Shown: positions 10,277 through 20,235, numbered from the stretch's first letter. The stretch is 64,000 nucleotides of DNA from a bacterium (GCA_030430495.1 JAUIKM010000001.1:202447-266446), one strand, 5' to 3'. Numbers and translations: made by a program. Notes: generated from the letters alone by a model not told the origin.

Positions 10277-10490
10277 CTACGTTCAATTTTTTGCCGTGGG
10301 AAAGGCGCTGAAGTTTAACTATGCTTGTTATTGCGACGCGCAGGCATGCAACGCGTCGCTCCGCGGACAAGACTCTAAAAAATCTGCACTGAAGCAGGGT
10401 GGGAGGAGTGCGTCTGATAGCGGAGGAATTACACCGTGGCGGCGGCGGGGTGGCCCCCTGGATCAAGCCGGAAGTACGCCCAAACCTCAA
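10277..10490 (+). repeat. Dispersed intergenic element family A, copy 1 (diverged)
   Basis: Core 10371-10478 (gactc..aatctgcactgaagcagggtgggaggagtgcgt..gtggcggcggcgggg..cccctg..gaagtacg) aligns with 31501-31606 and 52934-53039. Confidence 0.9.
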
Positions 10491-10610
10491 CACCGGCTCC
10501 CAGGCATCCCTCTAAACCATTGCCCCACAAGCACTTACAGCCTTCGACCAATCACATCTTTCCACCACATTCGCAGCTTCAACCTCAAAATAATCGCACC
10601 ACGCAACGGT

Positions 10611-11732
10611 TTACTGCTTCAACTTCTCAACCTGATACACCAGCAGCTCGTCCGACTTGCCGTGAACATTCACCGGCTCCCAGGCATGTGCTTCGACCTT
10701 GTCCCTGATCTTGTCGAACACGCGTTCGTGAACCAATATCGCGTTGTGATGTTTCTTCGTCAATGTCTCTATTCGTTTACCGGTGTTTACCGTATCGCCC
10801 GTAATCGAAAACTCGATCCGGTCCTCGGAGCCGAGATTTCCCGCGACCACTTCGCCCGAGTTAATACCGATGCCGATGGCAAAGGGACGCCCGAACGCTG
10901 CGCCATACGTCTGGTCCAGCTCCCCAATGCGCTCCAGCATTTCCAGCGCGCACAGTACAGCTTTTAATTCGTTGTTGTACGTCGGCATTAAAGCGCCGAA
11001 GGAGGCAAATACTTCGTCGCCGACGAACTGGTTGACCGTGCCGTCGTGGCGTTTAACACACTCGCTCATTAAACGGTAGTAGTGATTCAGGCAGGCGACG
11101 ACTTCCTTGGGCGAGGAGCGTTCACTGAAACGCGTGAAGCCGCGAATATCGCAGAACAGCACGGCGACGTCGCGCAGCTCGCCTTCAAAAATCGAATCTT
11201 CACTCGTTGACAGCGCTTTTTGTACAACTTCCTGCGGCACGTAGCGCTCAAACAGACGCAGCGTTTTTTCCTGCTCTTCGACTTTTTGCCGCAGATCGCG
11301 CACCAGCTGTTTATTGCGCTGCTGCAGGCCGTACAGGTGAAACGCATTTTCAATTGTCATGCGCAGTTCCGTTTCGTCCCAGGGTTTGGTGACGTAGCGA
11401 AATACGCGCCCGGTGTTGATGGCGCTGATGATGGCTTCAACATCGCTGAAACCCGTCAGAACCATGCGCACCGTGTCCGGATACGAGGGAATAATGTGTT
11501 CGAGAAATTGAACGCCGGTCATTTCCGGCATGCGCTGATCCGTGATGATCAACGCCACGTCCCGCGTCTTCAGGAGTTCAATCGCCTCGCGCGCGCTGTT
11601 GGCGGTAAGAATATTGTAGTCGCGCCGGAAAGCCGCCTTGAATGAAACGAGGTTCTGGTGTTCGTCATCGACGTAGAGAATGGCCGGGAGATCTCTGCGG
11701 GATTTGTTCATGTGCCTCTGTCCAGTGTACAT
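10611..11732 (-). CDS. Response regulator receiver + class III adenylate/guanylate cyclase
   Basis: REC motifs ILYVDDE, ITDQRMPEMTG, KPW; cyclase motifs LFCDIRGFT, FVGDEV, GINSGEVVAGNLGS, GDTVNTGKRIE. Confidence 0.92.
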   Translation of the reverse strand: MYTGQRHMNKSRRDLPAILYVDDEHQNLVSFKAAFRRDYNILTANSAREAIELLKTRDVALIITDQRMPEMTGVQFLEHIIPSYPDTVRMVLTGFSDVEAIISAINTGRVFRYVTKPWDETELRMTIENAFHLYGLQQRNKQLVRDLRQKVEEQEKTLRLFERYVPQEVVQKALSTSEDSIFEGELRDVAVLFCDIRGFTRFSERSSPKEVVACLNHYYRLMSECVKRHDGTVNQFVGDEVFASFGALMPTYNNELKAVLCALEMLERIGELDQTYGAAFGRPFAIGIGINSGEVVAGNLGSEDRIEFSITGDTVNTGKRIETLTKKHHNAILVHERVFDKIRDKVEAHAWEPVNVHGKSDELLVYQVEKLKQ

Positions 11733-11737
11733 CGGTG

Positions 11738-13753
11738 CTACAGCGGCTGTCCGTCGCCGCCTTCGGCAAACAGGTCCGCCGTCAGCGCTATGGCGTCCGC
11801 CGAGCCCATCACCACCGCCACATCGTTGCCGCGCAGTTTTGCGTGCGGGTCAGGAGTTGTTGAAACGTTTTCGCCGCGTTTTATTGCCAGAATCGTGGCA
11901 TTGAATTTTCCACGCACGTCAAGTTGAACCAGTGATTTCCCGGCCGCCTCCGAGTTGTCAAAAATGCGTAGCACGCGAATCTCCATATCCGGCAGCACCG
12001 TCTGAAGGTCCGCTGTGCGAGTCATGCCGTTGGTCGGCCTGCGGAACCTGCGATATCTGTCCGCGCGGATGTGATCCGCAAAACGGTGAATCTCGTCGAC
12101 GGGCAGCAGATAGTGCGCCAAAACGCGCGAGAATATTTCCACCGCAGTCTCAAACTCAGCAGGTATGACTTCGCTTGCACCGATGGCCGCCAATTTGTCG
12201 ACGTCGGCTACAAATCGCGTGCGGACAATCAGATGCACGCCCGGGTTCATCGTTTTAACCTGGCGGATGGCGCGCTGTGTTGCATCAGCGTCGGATATTG
12301 CCACGACTACCACGCGCGCCTGGAGGATGTGTGCGTGATGCAGTACTTCACTCTTGGAAGCGTCGCCGTAGAGAATCGGCTCGCCGCGTTCCTTCTCGCG
12401 TTTAACAGTCTCCGGGTTCATCTCCAGGATGATGTAGGGAATGTGCGCCGACTTTGCTGCGCGCGCAACGAGTTCGCCGTTAATTCCATAGCCTATGACG
12501 ATGACGTGGCCCTTTAACTCCTGTTTCGCTTCGCTGCTTTGCTGCGCCTCACCTACTTTGTCGAATCGCTTTTGCAGTCGGCTCATCAAAGGAATACGGC
12601 TGTGTTTCTCGGCGGCCTGCGGCGCGGCGGCAATCAAAAAGGGTGTCGCCGCCATAGTCAGAATAGAAACCGCCAGGAAAATCTGGTAGTGTTCAGCGCT
12701 CAGTATCTCAACGCTCAGTCCCGCCTTCGAGAGGATAAACGAAAATTCACCGATCTGGCTCAGTGAAAAACCAACCATGATCGCCGTGCGCAGCTGCCAG
12801 CCCAATATGCGCGCCACGGCTATGATCACGCCCAGTTTGATCAGTACCACGCCAAGTACCAGGCCAACAATCAACAACGGCTCGTGCAAGAGCAACGACC
12901 AGTCGAACAACATTCCGATCGAGACAAAAAAGAACGAGCCGAAAACATCGCGGAATGGCAACAGCCCGCCCAGAGCGTCCACGCTGTATTCCGACTCGGA
13001 TATGATAAGTCCCGCCAGGAATGCGCCCAGTCCCAGTGAGAGGCCGACGGCCGACGTGCCCCAGGCCACGCCGATTCCGATTGCGACGACGAGCAAAAGA
13101 AACAACTCCTGCCGGCGCGTGCGAACCACCCGGTCCAGAATAAACGGAACCACCGTCCGCGCGCCGACAATCACGACCGCGACGATTACAACGCCTTTAA
13201 CCAGCAGCATCAGCAGCGCTTCGCCGGGATCGGCCGCCACTCCCGCCAGGATCGGCGTCAATAACATCATCGGAACAATGGCGATGTCCTGGAAAATCAG
13301 AATGCCCAACGTGCCCTGACCGTGCGGCGCTTCAATTTCACCGCGGCTCTGCAAAAGCGATAAAACAATGGCGGTGGAGGAGAGAGCGGCAAGGAATCCA
13401 AAAAACGCGGAAGAATTCAGATCAAATCCGGCCAGTGCGCCGCAGCCCATGACGACGGCGATCGTCAGAACAACCTGCAGACTGCCGCCCAGCAGAACGG
13501 TTTTTTTGATGCGCGCCAGTTCTTTAAATGAAAACTCAATGCCGATGGTAAACAGCAGCAATACCACGCCGACTTCGGCCAGGATCTCAACGCTGTGTTC
13601 ATCGTGTACCAGTCCCAGACTGTACGGCCCGATTAACACGCCGGTCATCAGGTAACCGATGATCGTCGGCACCCGGACTTTCGTCGTCAGGTACAGAACG
13701 ACAATCGACAGTCCAAAAATGATCGCAATGTCGCGAAGAAGGGGAATTTCCAT
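11738..13753 (-). CDS. CPA2 family K+/H+ antiporter (Kef-type) with TrkA-N and TrkA-C domains
   Basis: About 13 TM helices, LSSTAIV, IFQDIAIVP, LGAFLAG, SQIGEFSF, VIVIGYGING, YGDAS, C-terminal RCK_C (ILAIKRG). Confidence 0.92.
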   Translation of the reverse strand: MEIPLLRDIAIIFGLSIVVLYLTTKVRVPTIIGYLMTGVLIGPYSLGLVHDEHSVEILAEVGVVLLLFTIGIEFSFKELARIKKTVLLGGSLQVVLTIAVVMGCGALAGFDLNSSAFFGFLAALSSTAIVLSLLQSRGEIEAPHGQGTLGILIFQDIAIVPMMLLTPILAGVAADPGEALLMLLVKGVVIVAVVIVGARTVVPFILDRVVRTRRQELFLLLVVAIGIGVAWGTSAVGLSLGLGAFLAGLIISESEYSVDALGGLLPFRDVFGSFFFVSIGMLFDWSLLLHEPLLIVGLVLGVVLIKLGVIIAVARILGWQLRTAIMVGFSLSQIGEFSFILSKAGLSVEILSAEHYQIFLAVSILTMAATPFLIAAAPQAAEKHSRIPLMSRLQKRFDKVGEAQQSSEAKQELKGHVIVIGYGINGELVARAAKSAHIPYIILEMNPETVKREKERGEPILYGDASKSEVLHHAHILQARVVVVAISDADATQRAIRQVKTMNPGVHLIVRTRFVADVDKLAAIGASEVIPAEFETAVEIFSRVLAHYLLPVDEIHRFADHIRADRYRRFRRPTNGMTRTADLQTVLPDMEIRVLRIFDNSEAAGKSLVQLDVRGKFNATILAIKRGENVSTTPDPHAKLRGNDVAVVMGSADAIALTADLFAEGGDGQPL

Positions 13754-13788
13754 CCGGAGCCAGTGTTGGTTGCGCGTGTTGTACCGCG

Positions 13789-15099
13789 TTAATTGCGTGG
13801 AATTTTCAGGACCTGCCCGATGTAGATCCGATCAGGTCGCCGAATATTGTTAAATCCCATAATACGGCTTATTGAGGAACCGTGGCGCGCGGCAATGCGC
13901 GAAAGTGTGTCGCCGCTCCGCACGCGATACGTTATGACCGGCGGGGCGGAACTTTTGTCGGCGGCTGGAATGCGGTCTATGGCGTAGGCCACCTCGGCCT
14001 CAGTTAACTCGCTCGGCACGCGGATGCGCGTTCCCTTGGGAATCATCAGATCCTGGCTGAATACACGACTGCGTACCGCCGGGTTGATCAGACGCATCGT
14101 CTCAAGGTCCATGCCGAGATACTTGACCAGGACCGACGGTTTGATCCAGTGCTCCAGTACCAGTTCGCGAAATTCGCGTTTGGGCCTGAAATCAATCTCG
14201 TCAAAGTATTCTTCCGGGTTTTCAGCGATGTCCGACGCCGCGATAAAACAGGCGTAGAAATTGCGCGAGGAAAACTTGAAGGTGCGGCTGGAGTGTTTGG
14301 TGAGCACCGTTTCAAAATCGTTGCTGCCCAGGGTTGTCACGGCGCGGCGGATGCCGTTGATCCCGTAGTTGTAGCCCGTAATCGCCAGCGGCCAGTTGTC
14401 CACCTGAGCAAAATTGCCGGCCAGCATTTCGGCCGCGGCATACGTCGAATAAATCGGGTCGAGACGTTCGTCGACGTAATCGTTAATCTCCAGGTATTCG
14501 CGTCCGGTTCCACGCATAAACTGCCACATGCCCGCCGCGCCGGCGTGCGACATCGCATTCGGCAGGAACGACGATTCAACATGCGGCAGATACGCCAGCT
14601 TTTCGGGCACGTCAAACTTGCGCAGAATAAATTTAATCGTGTCCAGGTACATTCCGCTCAGGCGCAGCCCCTCCATAAACCGCTCTTTCTGTCCATTCTG
14701 AAAACGAATGCGATCAATGGCATCGTCCAGCGCGCCCTCTTCGCCGTGCTCCTCAAACAGCTTGGCAATCTTTTTGTCCAGATCGCTCCACTTTTCACTG
14801 GGTGAAGACTTTATGCGTTTTATCGACTCTTCGATCGGTTTGCGAATGGCGCGAATATACTGGCGGCGTTCGTCGCCTTCGCGCTCGCCTATTTCGTATT
14901 CGCCGTAAATCACCATCGGGTATTCGTGGTCGTGCAGCAGCCCCTTGTTCAGCGGAACCTCGGAATAGATCTTTTTCCAGAAGGCGACGTTGTCTTCAAT
15001 GATACCCGGCTTGGTAAAAACTTCGGCCTGTGCGCTCAGGCACAAACAAAAAAACAGGCACAGTGCCAGTGCCTGTCCGCGGTAATGTATATGCTGCAT
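13789..15099 (-). CDS. Lytic murein transglycosylase with C-terminal LysM (MltD-like)
   Basis: LPHVESSF, AAGMWQFM, LAITGYNYG; LysM YRVRSGDTLSRIAARHG; start chosen from the aggaa RBS. Confidence 0.9.
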   Translation of the reverse strand: MQHIHYRGQALALCLFFCLCLSAQAEVFTKPGIIEDNVAFWKKIYSEVPLNKGLLHDHEYPMVIYGEYEIGEREGDERRQYIRAIRKPIEESIKRIKSSPSEKWSDLDKKIAKLFEEHGEEGALDDAIDRIRFQNGQKERFMEGLRLSGMYLDTIKFILRKFDVPEKLAYLPHVESSFLPNAMSHAGAAGMWQFMRGTGREYLEINDYVDERLDPIYSTYAAAEMLAGNFAQVDNWPLAITGYNYGINGIRRAVTTLGSNDFETVLTKHSSRTFKFSSRNFYACFIAASDIAENPEEYFDEIDFRPKREFRELVLEHWIKPSVLVKYLGMDLETMRLINPAVRSRVFSQDLMIPKGTRIRVPSELTEAEVAYAIDRIPAADKSSAPPVITYRVRSGDTLSRIAARHGSSISRIMGFNNIRRPDRIYIGQVLKIPRN

Positions 15100-15686
15100 G
15101 TTGCTTCCTGTGTCGTAACGTCTTGCGTCCGCCGGCCGGGTCATTCCTTCCTCTTAACCCGCCCGCGTGAATTTATAAAATTCCGGGAAACTTCAATGGC
15201 TGACGAGCGCAACAAGTTTGTGTTGTGCTTTGTTCCACCCGTTTTGACTCGATTATGGTCTTTTTACCTTCTTTTTTGGGTCCGACTGCCAAGTCGTTTA
15301 CAACATTGTACCGCAGGTAATTTTCCGGCGACTGCCTGATTATTTTGTTTGTCATGCGGATAGAAGCGGCAGGTCCCCGCACAGCCGCGTGTCCCGGGGT
15401 GAACAGGGACAATGCCCTTGCAGGCCGCGGAGATTGCCCGCGCCTGCGGCGCGTCGCTTAACGCCGGGTTGCCGGAGGGAACACCATCCGGAAATACGTC
15501 GCAACTTTGAACCTTCACCGTTGAACTCCGCCGCTTAACCGCACAACGGCTTCCGTGATGATTGCGCGATACAACCGCAGCCGAAAATTCACTTCGCTGC
15601 CGTCGGCGGCGCAGAAGCGGAATCATTGATCGCTGGAACGCGCGAACGTCTGAATGCGACAATTCCGCAGCGCACGTCTGTCGTTT

Positions 15687-15727
15687 ACCGGGTAAACAGA
15701 GTTCACCGGGTAAACAGAGTGCACCGG
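15687..15727. repeat. 18-bp tandem repeat (2.3 copies)
   Basis: accgggtaaacagagttc accgggtaaacagagtgc accgg. Confidence 0.8.
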
Positions 15728-16271
15728 CGAATAAACTGCGCCGCATCAGATAAAGCGCGGGGAATGCGGTCGGGCAATCCGGCTTCAGCCTGTTGAACAG
15801 CCCGGCGCTGTAACATTTGAACATCAAATTGCATGCTGCGGCGCTCAGCATTCACCGGTGAACTGTGAATTCAACACGGATCCGAAAGGGAAGAACACCC
15901 CTTGCGGCCGCGCCGCGTCAGGCCGGGCGACGCCTGCCAATACGCGCAGCGTGAATTGCGTCGCGGCCGAATGTGAAAACGGCCGCTTCACAATTTCACA
16001 GCTTCACATCGGCGCAATGTGTTCACAAGTGGAAGTGAAAATGAGGAGTGTTTAGCCGGGAATGAAGCGGCGGAATTATCACCTAAAGTGAATATATGAA
16101 CGTGTGAAACAGCAAAAGCCCGCTGTTGAAGAAGTGAATCAAATCGCGTTTCACATTCCGCCGCTGCTGTTTACAGTCTGATTCACTGCGTTAAAAGCGT
16201 GAAAAAGTTCACTTTTTACACATTTCGGGTCAAAAAACGGTACTTTTTCCAATTAATTAACTCATTAGCTA

Positions 16272-16302
16272 TTGCATCGGCCTGTTTAATGTTGTAGATT
16301 TG
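16272..16302 (+). promoter_or_regulatory. Putative housekeeping promoter of the HTH-H1 gene
   Basis: TTGCAT-17 bp-TAGATT; TAGATTTG also fits the Bacteroidota -7 motif TAnnTTTG; AT-rich context. Confidence 0.5.
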
Positions 16303-16396
16303 AAACAGTTTTTTAGGTTAAGTCCAATTTCGCAGCAGCAATTTTCTTTAATACAACAGTATCTCTTTTCTTTAACGATTGAATTGGTAGTCAACT

Positions 16397-17074
16397 ATGG
16401 ATTCGAACACAGTAGCTGATCGTTTGCGTGAATTCGGTCAGGAGAAGTACGGCAACATGACGCAATTTGCCGGCGCTCTCGGAATGTCCCCCCAGGCGCT
16501 TTCGCCGTACCTTAACGGACGTCGCAACCCCGGCAAACGCATGCTTGCCAAACTTGAACAACTCGGTGCGAATCCGGGCTATATCTCCGGTGAAGGCGAA
16601 GGCGGCAGTGCACCTGCGGCTTCCGCAGCCCCGGCGGCAGCAGCTCCGGCTAAAAAGCGCCGCGGCCGTAAACCCAAAGCCAAACCCGCCGCTGAAGCAG
16701 CGCCGAAAAAGGCAAAAGCTCCGGCCGCCAAAAAAGCTAAAGCCAAAACCAAGGCAAAAGCTAAACCCGCAGCAGCAGCCAAACCCGCTGCTGAAGCCGC
16801 TCCCAAGAAAGCCAAAGGTCGTCCCGGCCGCAAAAAAGGTTCCACAGCAGTTAAAGCCGCGCCGAAGAAACGCCGCGGTCGTCAGCCCAAAGCTGCTGTT
16901 GCCGCAACCAGCGCCGTTTCGGCTGCCGAAATGCAATTGCTCGAATACCTGCGCAAAATTGGCCTGGCCAGCGTAGATTCGGTCGTTAACCTGCTTGAGT
17001 CGATCAAAACCGTTTCCGACGAAGACTACATGAAGAAATTCCGCCGCGCCAAGCCGCGTAAGATCGTCAAGTAA
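16397..17074 (+). CDS. XRE/Cro-type HTH protein fused to a histone-H1-like K/A/P-rich region with AT-hook-like motifs
   Basis: NMTQFAGALGMSPQALSPYLNGRRNPG HTH; KKRRGRKPK, KGRPGRKK, KKRRGRQPK; has its own promoter and terminator. Confidence 0.88.
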   Translation: MDSNTVADRLREFGQEKYGNMTQFAGALGMSPQALSPYLNGRRNPGKRMLAKLEQLGANPGYISGEGEGGSAPAASAAPAAAAPAKKRRGRKPKAKPAAEAAPKKAKAPAAKKAKAKTKAKAKPAAAAKPAAEAAPKKAKGRPGRKKGSTAVKAAPKKRRGRQPKAAVAATSAVSAAEMQLLEYLRKIGLASVDSVVNLLESIKTVSDEDYMKKFRRAKPRKIVK

Positions 17075-17110
17075 GTCCGTCCGACACGACATTGCGAAAG
17101 CAATCCTTAA

Positions 17111-17137
17111 CGCACCGTGTGAACTTCACACGGTGCG
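17111..17137 (+). terminator. Intrinsic terminator-like hairpin
   Basis: cgcaccgtgtgaa-c-ttcacacggtgcg followed by ttgtatgtttt. Confidence 0.75.
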
Positions 17138-17628
17138 TTGTATGTTTTAAAGCGCGGCCCTGAACACCGGTCCACGTGCGTTGACAGCGCGGAACGCGAT
17201 ACTACCACCGAACTCCAGGCCTTGCGTTCAATTCGTCTAAGGCATTTCAACACAATAAGTTGTGAGTGGTGTATTCACAAGTTGCTGCAAGCGCTGTGGA
17301 GTGAATCAGACGCCGTTTTGCTCTAGTTTCTACTGTGTTAATTCGGGCCTTTAACAGCTTCGTGACGAGGCGACGGGCATTTCCGGACCTGATCCATGTA
17401 AACTTCGAGCAGTGCGCCTGAATGCGATGCACGGACCTTGATACGGCACGTCCGGTGCGTTGCAGATCTACGCAGACATTGAACAGGGGATTGAGCGGCA
17501 TACAACTGATTCTACGGCTCCAGACATGCCGAACCCAGCCCGCGGGGGGATTTCACCATCATATGCTTTTGTGCGGCACACTGAAGGGCGGGGCTAAACA
17601 GAAAATCATGCCTGGAGAAGCAGCAGGA

Positions 17629-19032
17629 TCAGACCGGGAATTTCAAGGTGAAGGTCGAACCTTTGTCGAGTTCACTTTCGACGCTGACTGAGCCCTTGTA
17701 CATTTCCATGACGTGTTTCACGATGGCCAGGCCAAGACCGCTGCCGCCGAGTTCACGTGAACGCGCTTTGTCGACGCGGTAGAAACGTTCAAAAATACGG
17801 CCCAGATCTTCCTTCTTGATGCCGCGGCCGGTGTCGGCAACCTTGATGATGCACTTGCCGCCTTCGAGGAAAGAATGCACCGTAACGGAGCCTTTTTCCG
17901 TGTATTTAACAGCGTTGTCCATCAGGTTAATAATGGCTTTGTCGAGGTGGTAGGTGTCGACGAGCAGCCTGAAGTCCACGGGCAGTTTATTGTCGTAGTT
18001 AAGCGCCAGGCCTTTGTCGCGCGCCTTGCGGTTGAAGTCTTCCAGCAGGTTGCGAATGTAGTCTTCCAGGCGAATATAACGCTCGTCGCGGCTCTGCTGA
18101 TAGGATTCCAGACGCGAAAGGTCGAGCATGTCGTTGACGATTATTTCCAGGCGTTCAACGTTGGAAAGGGCGCGTTCCAGGAAACGGCGATTAACCTGTT
18201 TGTTTTCGAGCGCGCCGTCCAGCAGTGTTTCAACGTATCCCTTGATGGCGCTTACCGGCGTTTTTAACTCGTGTGAAGCGTTGGCGATAAAGTCGCGGCG
18301 CACTTCCTGCACGCGTTCGTATTGCTCGATGTTTGAGCGAAGTTTCTCGCCCATCGATTTAATCGAGCGGCCCAGTTCGCCGATTTCGTTGCGCTGATTG
18401 ATGTCCGGCGTCGTCGAGTAGTTTCCGTCGGCAATCCGTTTGGTCATGCCGATGAGATGTGAAATCGGCCGCGTTAAATAACGCGAGAGATTAAGAATGG
18501 AAAGCAGGGCAATGAGTGAGGAGACGGTGGCGGCGATTACGAGAATGAAGCGGATCTTGAGCACGTTGTCATCGATAAAATCGAGGTCGTGAGCGATCCG
18601 GATAATATAACCGCTGGGAGCGTCGTAGGCGGTGTAAAGCAGGTTCTGCTGTAGCGTCTGACTGTATCGACGCGAGTTGCCGAAGTGATCCGGGCTGTTG
18701 AGCGCCTGAACGACCTCGTCGCGTTCGATGTGATTTTCCAGCGGTGTTTCATTAACATCGACGCGCGTATCCAGGATCACATTCCCGACGCTGTCGATAA
18801 GCGTAACACGGGCCCCGACGTAACCGGCCAGTCGATCGACAACGGCGTAGGAGTTGCCGTTGTACTGCAGCAGCGACTCATCAATGAGCTGGCACTGCGT
18901 TTTCATGTTTTCGACCAACTGGTCCTGCATATTTTGCTGCAGCAGATTTTCCGCCGTCAGCAGCAGAACCAGTGAACAGACCAGATAGAGACCGATGAAG
19001 ATTATCGAAAGCTGGGAATGGACTTTGCGCAT
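17629..19032 (-). CDS. phoR: PhoR-like sensor histidine kinase (TM, HAMP, HisKA, HATPase)
   Basis: RRDFIANASHELKTP, NLMDNAVKYT, DTGRGI, FERFYRVDKARSRELGGSGLGLAIVKH. Confidence 0.88.
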   Translation of the reverse strand: MRKVHSQLSIIFIGLYLVCSLVLLLTAENLLQQNMQDQLVENMKTQCQLIDESLLQYNGNSYAVVDRLAGYVGARVTLIDSVGNVILDTRVDVNETPLENHIERDEVVQALNSPDHFGNSRRYSQTLQQNLLYTAYDAPSGYIIRIAHDLDFIDDNVLKIRFILVIAATVSSLIALLSILNLSRYLTRPISHLIGMTKRIADGNYSTTPDINQRNEIGELGRSIKSMGEKLRSNIEQYERVQEVRRDFIANASHELKTPVSAIKGYVETLLDGALENKQVNRRFLERALSNVERLEIIVNDMLDLSRLESYQQSRDERYIRLEDYIRNLLEDFNRKARDKGLALNYDNKLPVDFRLLVDTYHLDKAIINLMDNAVKYTEKGSVTVHSFLEGGKCIIKVADTGRGIKKEDLGRIFERFYRVDKARSRELGGSGLGLAIVKHVMEMYKGSVSVESELDKGSTFTLKFPV

Positions 19033-19740
19033 TTAGTCAATCAACTGAACAAATTTGTAGCCGACGCCCTGAACGGTTTGAATGTGCCGGGCATAGTTGT
19101 TGAGTTTCTTGCGAATCTTCGTGACATGCACGTCGACCGTCCGTTCAATCTGATAGGCGTCTTCACCCCAGACATTATACAGGAGGTCCTTGCGGGAGAA
19201 GACAATACCCGGACGTTTCATCAGAAAATACAACAAATCGAACTCTTTGGGCAGAAGTTTGATCTCGACTTCGGCGACTTTGACGGTATAACTGAGGCGA
19301 TCTATCTCAACTTCGCCGATTTTGATGATTTCCTTGTCTGCGCCGCGGAACTTGTTAAGGCGCTCTTTCTGGCGGAAAATAGCGCGCACTTTGGCGGTGA
19401 TAACGCGCGGGCTGAATGGTTTGGTCAGGTAGTCATCCGCACCCAACTCAAGGCCGAGCACTTCGTCCACTTCTTCGGATTTGGCCGTCAGGAACACAAC
19501 GGATGCGTTCTTCAGCTTGGAATTCTGGCGCAGGGCCTTGCACACTTCGTAGCCGTCGAAGCCTGGCATCATGATGTCGAGCAGGATTACTTCGGGCATC
19601 ACGCGGTCCGCTATCGTCAATGCGTCCTTGCCGTTGTCCGCGGTGTAGACCTTGTATCCTTCGTTGCCGAGATTATACGAAAGGATCTCAAGAATATCGC
19701 GTTCGTCGTCGACGCAAAGAATGATTTTGTCTTTTTTCAC
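19033..19740 (-). CDS. phoB: OmpR/PhoB family response regulator
   Basis: GTG start with AGGAG RBS; ILCVDDE, LDIMMPGFDG, GADDYLTKPFS, ERTVDVHVTKIRKKL, TVQGVGY. Confidence 0.88.
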   Translation of the reverse strand: MKKDKIILCVDDERDILEILSYNLGNEGYKVYTADNGKDALTIADRVMPEVILLDIMMPGFDGYEVCKALRQNSKLKNASVVFLTAKSEEVDEVLGLELGADDYLTKPFSPRVITAKVRAIFRQKERLNKFRGADKEIIKIGEVEIDRLSYTVKVAEVEIKLLPKEFDLLYFLMKRPGIVFSRKDLLYNVWGEDAYQIERTVDVHVTKIRKKLNNYARHIQTVQGVGYKFVQLID

Positions 19741-20196
19741 GACTGCTGCACTCCTGCTGTATAAAAGCATGATTTGAGACGTTCGTGCCCGATTTGCCGT
19801 GCACAAACTGAATTTGTTGATCGCCTGTGCGCGAATTTCCGGCTTAAACAGATCCGTCTGACGGGCTGCTCGCTCGCTGAAATCCGTCGTTTTTGCTGTG
19901 ACCTGGAAGAATCTGTGGTGGCGGGGAATGTGCGGAAGTAACCAGGAGGGGTGTTTAAAGACGATGCGCTGCATTGCAGACGCAGTTCTGCCGGCGGACG
20001 CGTTGCCGCCGTCGGATTCGACGCATTGCGCCCATTCTCACCTGAATCGGCCTGCCGCGTCCGCACCTGCCGAAAGGAAGGCGCGAGTCGCTCTGACTTT
20101 TGTCGATCGGACAGGTCCAATCCAATGCGGGCTGACGTCATAGATTCCTTACCGCCGGACAATCATTGTCTTTCTGCTGCAAAAATATGTCCTTTA

Positions 20197-20235
20197 TGTA
20201 AACCTCATGTTTGTCACATATTAATAAGGTGTAAA
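20197..20235 (-). promoter_or_regulatory. Putative Pho-box-like array (four hexamers, 11-bp period)
   Basis: Minus strand reads TTTACA-N5-TTAATA-N5-CAAACA-N5-TTTACA, upstream of phoB-phoR. Confidence 0.45.

Noticed and set aside
15360..15520. Possible riboswitch or SRP/6S RNA upstream of mltD
   Set aside because: GC-rich hairpins are present, but no diagnostic conserved motif was recognised.
16397..17074. Prophage inferred from the repressor-like HTH
   Set aside because: No integrase, structural or replication genes, and the flanks are housekeeping genes.
19741..19974. N-terminal extension of the response regulator in the ORF track
   Set aside because: GTG at 19740 has a clear AGGAG RBS and gives a normal-length PhoB.
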